DNA of 6,301 nt from Candidatus Iainarchaeum sp. (GTDB lineage: Archaea > Iainarchaeota > Iainarchaeia > Iainarchaeales > CSSED10-239). The stretch lies in the NCBI GenBank assembly GCA_028700905.1, contig JAQVRT010000039.1, positions 1-6,301 of the forward strand. Reading direction: 5' to 3'. The notes under the pieces were generated by a model. The model saw nothing but the letters and a program-made list of their open reading frames with translations, was not told the origin of the DNA and did no database searches. Shown piece after piece: positions 1 through 4,373 of the stretch. A program made the translations under genes and the position numbers. Each line of letters starts with the position of its first letter. Within the stretch, counting starts at the first letter, position 1.

Positions 1-51
1 ATTTTCTTCTAAAACCTTTATTTTAAAGGCATCAAGAGAAATAGTTTGACA

Positions 52-123
52 AGCTTCTGGCGGGAGTCGAACCCGCGACCTCAACCTTACCAAGGTTGCG
101 CTCTACCACTGAGCCACAGAAGC
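52..123 (-). tRNA. tRNA-Thr (anticodon GGU)
   Basis: The minus-strand read is GCTTCTG-TG-GCTC-AGTGGTA-GAGC-G-CAACC-TTGGTAA-GGTTG-AGGTC-GCGGG-TTCGACT-CCCGC-CAGAAGC-T. This is a canonical cloverleaf with all four stems fully Watson-Crick (7/4/5/5 bp). The 7-nt anticodon loop has GGT at positions 34-36. It is a GC-rich island in AT-rich flanks. No CCA is encoded and there is no intron. Confidence 0.9.
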
Positions 124-248
124 AAAAAAATAGTTATAATAAAAATTATTTTTACAAATATAATTAAGCACAAATACATTTAAAAAAAGAACTTATAAAA
201 GAAAAAAAGATTAAATAAATAATCTTAATTAACTTTTATAACCTATTT

Positions 249-255
249 AAAAAAA
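249..255 (-). terminator. Oligo-T tract (T7 on the transcribed sense) directly 3' of the stop codon of the 256..678 gene
   Basis: The plus strand has A7 at 249-255, abutting the TAG stop (256-258, minus). Archaeal RNA polymerase terminates at oligo-T runs. The same arrangement recurs after the other three minus-strand CDSs. A/T runs are common in this composition, so the call is tentative. Confidence 0.35.
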
Positions 256-678
256 CTAATTTATAGAGTTGTATCTATTCATTTTCTTTTGACCTAAAGA
301 ATTAGGGTTTTCATTTAAAGAACCTTTATTTGTTCCTCTATTTTGATTACCTTGACCTAAACCTAAAGAAGCTCTAAACTCTTGTAAAGATCCAGGATTA
401 CCATTTATTGCATCTAAATAAGCCTTACTATAATCCTCAAAGTTTTCTTCTGTTATATATGTGGTTATCTTTGAATTGTTATCCCTTAAAGAAACAATAT
501 TATTCCAAGCTTGATAATCTCCAGCTTCAATTGCAGATTGCATATTTGCGTGTACTACAGGATCGTAATTTGGACCTAGCTTTGTTAAATCTCCTCTGTA
601 TGCACTTACAGTTCCTAAAACTAAAAGAAAACTAAACAATGTAAGTATAGAGGCAATTATTTTTGTTTTATTATTCAT
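256..678 (-). CDS. Small secreted protein of unknown function (140 aa): Sec-type signal peptide, a helical-looking core, and an N/G/Q-rich low-complexity tail
   Basis: It is an intact ORF with an AGGTGGA Shine-Dalgarno 8 nt upstream of the ATG. The N-terminus MNNKTK + IIASILTLFSFLLVLGTVSA|YRGD is a classic n-h-c signal peptide with a VSA cleavage motif. The core contains GDYQAW and ITEENFEDY motifs. The C-terminus GLGQGNQNRGTNKGSLNENPNSLGQKK is low complexity. I assign no enzymatic or named domain. Confidence 0.75.
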   Translation of the reverse strand: MNNKTKIIASILTLFSFLLVLGTVSAYRGDLTKLGPNYDPVVHANMQSAIEAGDYQAWNNIVSLRDNNSKITTYITEENFEDYSKAYLDAINGNPGSLQEFRASLGLGQGNQNRGTNKGSLNENPNSLGQKKMNRYNSIN

Positions 679-686
679 ATTTTTTT

Positions 687-693
687 TCCACCT
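687..693 (-). promoter_or_regulatory. Shine-Dalgarno (AGGTGGA) for the 256..678 gene
   Basis: Plus-strand tccacct is AGGTGGA on the minus strand, with an 8-nt spacer to the ATG at 678..676. The AGGTG core is shared with the hsp20 and RuBisCO ribosome-binding sites. Confidence 0.6.
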
Positions 694-795
694 TTTTTTT
701 ATTTATTTAACCTTAAGAGATTTCTTTTAAAAAATAATTTAAAAAAACTTCTTAAAGTACTAGATAATTATAAGTGTAACGATATATACTCTTTT

Positions 796-826
796 ATGAA
801 ACTATGGTTTGATTAAGTGAAACTGT
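796..826. repeat. Two direct copies of TGAAACT(A/G)T spaced 21 bp apart in the divergent intergenic region
   Basis: aTGAAACTAT lies at 796-805 and gTGAAACTGT at 817-826. The second copy abuts a TATATAAA box at 826-833, about 40 nt upstream of the 872 ATG. Confidence 0.3.
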
Positions 827-871
827 ATATAAACAATAAAGAATAAAAACAGAAAAGGATAATATATAACT

Positions 872-1411
872 ATGAACAAAAAAATAATTATTTTTGCAGT
901 ATTAATATCATTTATACTTTTAATAGCATCTACTCTTTTATTTTTATCTGCACAACAAAAAATAAATAGAAGTGAGAGAAGTATAGATATTACAACAATA
1001 GATCTTTATACAATAGATGAACTTAAAGAACAGATGTTAAATAAACCTGAAAAACCAAATCTTTTATTTTATCTAATACCTATTAGTGCATTCTTTGGAA
1101 TATTTGTAGGATTACTTATCTACTATCTTTTATCTGAAGAAATTAATCAAAAAGAAAAAAATATTAATGTTAAAAGTAAAACAATACTTAATCTTTTAAC
1201 TAAAGATGAAAAAAAGATTATTGAAAAGATATTAGATAATGATGGAAAAGTAAGGCAATATGAACTTACATATATTGATGGGTTATCAAAGATTAAAGTT
1301 CATAGACTAATTTTAAAACTTGAAGAAAATGGGATTATTAAAAAAGAAAAGATAGGAAAAGTAAATAACTTAATCTTAGATAAAGATATTTATTATTTAC
1401 TTAAAGAATAA
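872..1411 (+). CDS. Membrane-anchored winged helix-turn-helix DNA-binding protein (MarR/TrmB-like wHTH, 179 aa)
   Basis: It has two hydrophobic helices (about aa 5-26 IIIFAVLISFILLIASTLLFLS and about aa 64-86 LLFYLIPISAFFGIFVGLLIYYLL) separated by a loop of about 37 aa. The C-terminal segment LTKDEKKIIEKILDNDGKVRQYELTYIDGLSKIKVHRLILKLEENGIIKKEKIGKVNNLIL has the helix-helix-recognition helix-wing pattern of archaeal MarR/TrmB-type wHTH domains. Confidence 0.75.
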   Translation: MNKKIIIFAVLISFILLIASTLLFLSAQQKINRSERSIDITTIDLYTIDELKEQMLNKPEKPNLLFYLIPISAFFGIFVGLLIYYLLSEEINQKEKNINVKSKTILNLLTKDEKKIIEKILDNDGKVRQYELTYIDGLSKIKVHRLILKLEENGIIKKEKIGKVNNLILDKDIYYLLKE

Positions 1412-1412
1412 A

Positions 1413-1440
1413 AGAGGTTAAAAAAAATTATTTAACCTCT
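1413..1440. terminator. Perfect 10-bp inverted repeat (AGAGGTTAAA-N8-TTTAACCTCT) between convergent genes
   Basis: The left arm (1413-1422) starts 2 nt after the wHTH gene stop. The right arm (1431-1440) lies inside the last codons of hsp20. The loop contains the hsp20 stop and the A8/T8 run. It could act as a hairpin on both transcripts. Confidence 0.35.
1420..1427 (-). terminator. Oligo-T tract (T8) directly 3' of the hsp20 stop codon
   Basis: The plus strand has A8 at 1420-1427, immediately adjacent to the TAA stop (1428-1430, minus). Confidence 0.4.
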
Positions 1441-1907
1441 ATTAACTTGTTTAAAGAAGAAGAGATTTCTTTTTTAGGAAGTTTAAGATGTAAAATACCA
1501 TCTTTATATTCTGCATCTATATTATCTTTATCTATGTTTTTTGGAAGAGAGAAAGATCTATAAAAACCAGAATAGCTTTTTGAATAACTATAGTAACCTT
1601 TTTCTTTATCTTCTTTTTTTTCTTCATTTTTATGTTCAACTTTTATCTCTAAGTTATTATCATTTACATTTATTTTAATATCTTCTTTTTTTGAACCAGG
1701 AATTTCTAAAGAAAGATTATATTTATCATTATCTTCTTTAACATCACAAACTGGTTCTCTATAGTTTTCTAAAGAAGTTAAAGAATTTTTATCTTTTTTA
1801 GAACCTGAAAGAAGATATGGTTTTTGAGAATAAACAAAGTCATCAAACAAAGAATCCATCTCTCTTTGAATTCTTCTCATTTCATCCCAGATAGTATAGT
1901 TTTTCAT
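1428..1907 (-). CDS. hsp20: Small heat-shock protein, Hsp20/alpha-crystallin family (159 aa from the SD-supported start)
   Basis: The alpha-crystallin domain signature is present: PVCDVKEDNDKYNLSLEIPGSKKEDIKINVNDNNLEIKVEH ... GFYRSFSLPKNIDKDNIDAEYKDGILHLKLPKK. The tracked ORF extends to 1970. However, the ATG at 1907 (MKNYTIWDEM...) is preceded by AGGTGGTG with a 5-nt spacer, and the upstream 21 codons run through promoter-like AT sequence. I therefore call 1907 as the start. Confidence 0.9.
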   Translation of the reverse strand: MKNYTIWDEMRRIQREMDSLFDDFVYSQKPYLLSGSKKDKNSLTSLENYREPVCDVKEDNDKYNLSLEIPGSKKEDIKINVNDNNLEIKVEHKNEEKKEDKEKGYYSYSKSYSGFYRSFSLPKNIDKDNIDAEYKDGILHLKLPKKEISSSLNKLIEVK

Positions 1908-1912
1908 AGTTA

Positions 1913-1920
1913 CACCACCT
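1913..1920 (-). promoter_or_regulatory. Shine-Dalgarno (AGGTGGTG) for hsp20
   Basis: Plus-strand caccacct is AGGTGGTG on the minus strand, 5 nt upstream of the ATG at 1907. Confidence 0.65.
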
Positions 1921-1950
1921 TTTTTGTTTTTTAAAAAATAGTTTTTTTTA

Positions 1951-1960
1951 ATAAATATAT
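1951..1960 (-). promoter_or_regulatory. Candidate TATA box for hsp20
   Basis: The minus strand reads ATATATTTAT, 44-53 nt upstream of the ATG. This would give a leader of about 20-25 nt carrying the SD. Confidence is low because the whole spacer is AT-rich. Confidence 0.25.
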
Positions 1961-1984
1961 AGTGTAACAAAAAAAATAAAAATA

Positions 1985-1996
1985 TTTTCTAGAAAA
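1985..1996. promoter_or_regulatory. Perfect 12-bp palindrome TTTTCTAGAAAA upstream of the hsp20 promoter
   Basis: The sequence is self-complementary and centred about 83 nt upstream of the hsp20 ATG. A one-mismatch copy, TTTTCTAAAAAA, lies at 2007-2018, 22 bp away. Confidence 0.3.
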
Positions 1997-2021
1997 GTTT
2001 TTAAATTTTTCTAAAAAATAT

Positions 2022-2028
2022 AAAAAAA
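2022..2028 (-). terminator. Oligo-T tract (T7) directly 3' of the GNAT gene stop codon
   Basis: The plus strand has A7 at 2022-2028, abutting the TAA stop (2029-2031, minus). Confidence 0.35.
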
Positions 2029-2619
2029 TTAAGAAAGAAGTTCTTTCTTTAAATCATTATATTTAAATTTCTCTTTTAAAAGATCAAGCCTGTAAAAATC
2101 TACAAACTTGTTTTTATGGAAATAATCTTTTTTAAAATAACCAACTTCCTTAAAACCTAACTTTTCTAAGTGTTTTTTACTTCTTAAATTATGAGATAAA
2201 ACATATGAATAAATCTTATTTAATTTTAAAACATTAAAAGCATATTTATAAATTTCAAGTTTAGCTTCATAAATATATTTCTTACCCCAATATTTTTTTG
2301 AAAGACAAGATCCACTCTCACATTTTTTATTTTTAAAATCAATATGGTTTAAAGAAGCACCACCAATAACTCGATTTTCTTCTTTTGAAAAAATTGCAAA
2401 CTCAATTCCAGGATCTTTTTTTCTATTAATTTTAGATTTATTTTTTTTAATAAAATCATTTGCATGTTTTAAAGTATAAGGATAAGGAAGATTAGGTATA
2501 TTTTTAGAATATACTTTATCCTTATAATTTTCAAAAATATCAGAAGCATCAGATGGCTTTAATAATCTTATTATTAAACGATCTGTTTCAAAATAAATTT
2601 TACTTTTATCTATCTGCAT
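2029..2619 (-). CDS. GNAT-family N-acetyltransferase, RimJ/RimL-like (Acetyltransf_3 type), 196 aa
   Basis: It opens with the typical FETDRLIIRLLKPSDASDIFENY... motif. It continues with the IGGASLNHIDFKNKKCESGSCLSKKYWGKKYIYEA core and ends with the SHNLRSKKHLEKLGFKEVG motif of RimJ/RimL-type acetyltransferases. The tracked ORF starts at a GTG at 2625. The ATG at 2619 has AGAGGT 9 nt upstream, whereas the GTG would have only a 3-nt spacer, so 2619 is preferred. Confidence 0.85.
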   Translation of the reverse strand: MQIDKSKIYFETDRLIIRLLKPSDASDIFENYKDKVYSKNIPNLPYPYTLKHANDFIKKNKSKINRKKDPGIEFAIFSKEENRVIGGASLNHIDFKNKKCESGSCLSKKYWGKKYIYEAKLEIYKYAFNVLKLNKIYSYVLSHNLRSKKHLEKLGFKEVGYFKKDYFHKNKFVDFYRLDLLKEKFKYNDLKKELLS

Positions 2620-2628
2620 AAACACAAA

Positions 2629-2634
2629 ACCTCT
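2629..2634 (-). promoter_or_regulatory. Shine-Dalgarno (AGAGGT) for the GNAT gene
   Basis: Plus-strand acctct is AGAGGT on the minus strand, with a 9-nt spacer to the ATG at 2619. Confidence 0.45.
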
Positions 2635-2668
2635 TGTCCAAAAAACAAAGAAAAAAAAAGATTTTCTT

Positions 2669-2675
2669 AAAAAAA
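2669..2675 (-). terminator. Oligo-T tract (T7) 5 nt 3' of the RuBisCO stop codon, followed by a further T9 run (plus-strand A9 at 2651-2659)
   Basis: The minus-strand read after the TAA (2681-2683) is ATTAATTTTTTTAAGAAAATCTTTTTTTTTC. Confidence 0.4.
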
Positions 2676-2680
2676 TTAAT

Positions 2681-4129
2681 TTAAGAAAACCCCTTCTTTA
2701 AGTTATCAACATGCTTTTTCTTTGTAAAAAACTCAATAGCTTCTGCAAGCTCAAGTCTATCTTTTGAATATTCTTCAATAGAAATTCCTTTCTGGTATGC
2801 TTCACATGCTTGAACTAAAGCCTTAGCGCCTGCTTGTGTACCTTTTGGATGAGCATGACAACCAGCACCCATAGTTGTTATAAAATCAACTCCACCCATT
2901 AAATCAATAAATGGTTTAAGAAGAGTTGGATTTAGACCACCAGAGATTATTGGAGTACATTTTTTAAGACCTCTCCAACTATCATCTTCTAAGATAACAT
3001 GATGAGCTTCATCCTCTTGTGCAAGCTTTACAACATCTAAATCTTTTTCAGGAACAGTTGACCATGATTGATGGAAAATATGTCCTTCTGAGACTAATTT
3101 TAAAATACCAGTTGCAGCTGTAATATCTTCTGTTGGAGTACCTGCCATTTTTCCAACCCCTGCAGTTCCTGTATGAATACCAGAAGCTCCTGCAAGTCTT
3201 GCAAACTTAGATAATACTAAAACAGAAAAACCAATTGGGTTTTCAGGTCTTGTATATGCTCCATGTCCTGCTCTATGGAAATGAAGGAAAACATCAGGAT
3301 ATTTACGTCTTAAAGTTTGAACTGCCATCCAACCTGCAGTAGTTCCATCTATTAAAAATGCATAAGATCCTTTTTCAAAACCTGCATTAACAATCATTTC
3401 ACATCTTTCAATCATTGTATCATAATCTGCAGCTGAAACATTGAAAGAATGAACTTTTTTATGACCAGTTTCTTTTACAGCTTTATCCATTGCTTCTTTA
3501 ACATGTTTTACCATTTTATCATATGGACAGAAATCTTGGTTTGCTTGAGGTTCATCATTTTTAACAAAATCTCCTCCACCAACCCAGAAATCATAGCATG
3601 CTTCTGCATATTCTGCTGAAGTTAAACCCATTTTTGGTTTTATAATTGTTCCTAAAATTGGCCTATCATAAACATCTAAATATTTTCTCATATCATCTAA
3701 AGTATAGGAAGGTCCATCGTATTGTTCAAGCATAGCTGGTGGAAACCATACATCTAGAAGTTTAATTGCAGAAACTTCTTTCATACCTAAAACATTTCCT
3801 ACAATGTATGTTAAGATATTTTGAACATTTCCTCCTCTATCAAAAAGTCTCCAAGGATATGCTACCCATACTAAACTTTTTTCTAAATCTAATTTATAAA
3901 CTAAAGCATTCATCTCTCTTGCAAAAGGAGTTTCTGTATTTACTAAAAAATTTGTACCAGTTGAAGATTCTGCGGCTATTTCACAAGCTGCTTGTAAAAT
4001 ATTTAAATCTCCTCCAGGTCTTAAATGGAAAGCACATAACATATATTCTCCATTTTTAACATTTGGAATTTCAAAATTAATATATGCTTTTTGATGTGGG
4101 TTTAGGGTGTTAAAAAGATCTTCATGCAT
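2681..4129 (-). CDS. rbcL: Ribulose-1,5-bisphosphate carboxylase/oxygenase large subunit, form II/III (482 aa)
   Basis: It is collinear with form II RuBisCO along its whole length. Matching blocks include AAESSTGTN, GNVLGM, GTIIKPKMGL, GGDFVKNDEPQ, LHFHRAGHG, ASGIHTGTAGVGKM, CTPIISGG and TTMGAG. All canonical catalytic positions are present: the KPK lysines, the carbamylated Lys in KNDE (K190 here) with D192/E193, the HxHR and GIHTGT histidines, the GKM lysine, and the SGG loop. A 29-aa insertion lies between QSW and RGLKKCTP, as in Methanococcoides-type form II/III enzymes. The ATG is preceded by AGGTGAT with a 5-nt spacer. Confidence 0.95.
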   Translation of the reverse strand: MHEDLFNTLNPHQKAYINFEIPNVKNGEYMLCAFHLRPGGDLNILQAACEIAAESSTGTNFLVNTETPFAREMNALVYKLDLEKSLVWVAYPWRLFDRGGNVQNILTYIVGNVLGMKEVSAIKLLDVWFPPAMLEQYDGPSYTLDDMRKYLDVYDRPILGTIIKPKMGLTSAEYAEACYDFWVGGGDFVKNDEPQANQDFCPYDKMVKHVKEAMDKAVKETGHKKVHSFNVSAADYDTMIERCEMIVNAGFEKGSYAFLIDGTTAGWMAVQTLRRKYPDVFLHFHRAGHGAYTRPENPIGFSVLVLSKFARLAGASGIHTGTAGVGKMAGTPTEDITAATGILKLVSEGHIFHQSWSTVPEKDLDVVKLAQEDEAHHVILEDDSWRGLKKCTPIISGGLNPTLLKPFIDLMGGVDFITTMGAGCHAHPKGTQAGAKALVQACEAYQKGISIEEYSKDRLELAEAIEFFTKKKHVDNLKKGFS

Positions 4130-4134
4130 TATAT

Positions 4135-4141
4135 ATCACCT
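4135..4141 (-). promoter_or_regulatory. Shine-Dalgarno (AGGTGAT) for RuBisCO
   Basis: Plus-strand atcacct is AGGTGAT on the minus strand, 5 nt upstream of the ATG at 4129. Confidence 0.65.
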
Positions 4142-4160
4142 TTATATTTTAAAAATATAG

Positions 4161-4176
4161 TAAATCATATGATTTA
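4161..4176. promoter_or_regulatory. Perfect 16-bp palindrome TAAATCATATGATTTA in the RuBisCO promoter region
   Basis: The sequence is exactly self-complementary and centred on CATATG. It lies 32-47 nt upstream of the RuBisCO ATG, between or overlapping the candidate TATA elements. It contains G/C positions, so it is not merely an A/T run. Confidence 0.35.
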
Positions 4177-4284
4177 AAAATAGATTGTTTTTTTAAAGGA
4201 ACACATGAATGGCAAAACATATAAAAATATTTTTAAAAAAAAATAGAAAAAATAATTTTTAAAACAAATTAAAAGAATAAAGAG

Positions 4285-4357
4285 GGTCCAAACCGGGATT
4301 CGAACCCGAGTCATGGGATCCACAGACCCATATGCTAACCACTACACTATTTGGACC
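4285..4357 (-). tRNA. tRNA-His (anticodon GUG) with genome-encoded G-1
   Basis: The minus-strand read is G|GTCCAAA-TA-GTGT-AGTGGTTA-GCAT-A-TGGGT-CTGTGGA-TCCCA-TGAC-TCGGG-TTCGAAT-CCCGG-TTTGGAC-C. The anticodon GTG sits in a 7-nt loop. The extra 5' G opposite discriminator C73 is the tRNA-His identity feature. The fold has a U31-U39 mismatch, G-U pairs in the D and T stems, and a 4-nt variable region. No full CCA is encoded. Confidence 0.9.
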
Positions 4358-4373
4358 ACAATATTTTGTATTG

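Noticed and set aside
15-29. Small hairpin CCTTTA-TTT-TAAAGG followed by TTTT on the minus strand, downstream of tRNA-Thr
   Set aside because: The stem is only 6 bp and AT-rich, and it sits at the window edge with unknown left context. It could be a tRNA terminator, but it cannot be distinguished from chance.
595-603. RGD tripeptide at the predicted mature N-terminus of the secreted protein (YRGD)
   Set aside because: A three-residue match to the eukaryotic integrin-binding motif is expected by chance, and no supporting context exists.
408-635. 75-aa plus-strand ORF in the supplied track
   Set aside because: It lies entirely antisense within the better-supported 256..678 gene. Its sequence is leucine-rich and low complexity (LLLYMWLSLNCYPL...), as expected from the reverse complement of an AT-rich gene, and it has no RBS.
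1908-1970. 21-codon N-terminal extension of hsp20 (MLHYIFIKKNYFLKNKKGGVT)
   Set aside because: The extension reads through the AGGTGGTG Shine-Dalgarno and promoter-like AT sequence. The internal ATG at 1907 has ideal SD spacing and gives a normal-length sHSP.
2620-2625. GTG start for the GNAT gene, as in the ORF track
   Set aside because: The GTG would sit only 3 nt from the AGAGGT motif. The ATG two codons downstream has a 9-nt spacer. The difference is only 2 aa and cannot be settled from sequence alone.
3766-4059. 97-aa plus-strand ORF in the supplied track
   Set aside because: It lies entirely antisense inside the unambiguous RuBisCO gene. It has a shadow-ORF composition (L/K/F/Y-rich) and no start signals.
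2681-4129. RuBisCO-like protein (form IV) or a Calvin-cycle form II enzyme
   Set aside because: Form IV proteins lack several catalytic residues, and all are present here. A plain form II assignment is disfavoured by the 29-aa insertion and the absence of prk or other cbb genes nearby. Only a phylogeny can exclude it formally.
4143-4160. Near-palindrome TATATTTTAAAAATATA upstream of RuBisCO, and similar A/T-only symmetric runs in the 4358-4456 spacer
   Set aside because: Pure A/T symmetry is expected at high frequency in about 20% GC spacers. These runs probably just reflect TATA-like promoter sequence. Only palindromes containing G/C positions were kept.
4205-4246. 13-codon ORF (MNGKTYKNIFKKK) between tRNA-His and RuBisCO
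   Set aside because: It is too short, has no RBS, and has a lysine-rich composition typical of random A-rich sequence.
52-4357. Integrated mobile element or genomic island targeted to a tRNA
   Set aside because: There is no integrase, transposase or other mobility gene. I also found no duplicated fragment of either tRNA 3' half that could serve as an att repeat. Only the compositional contrast remains, and it is reported as a finding with caveats.
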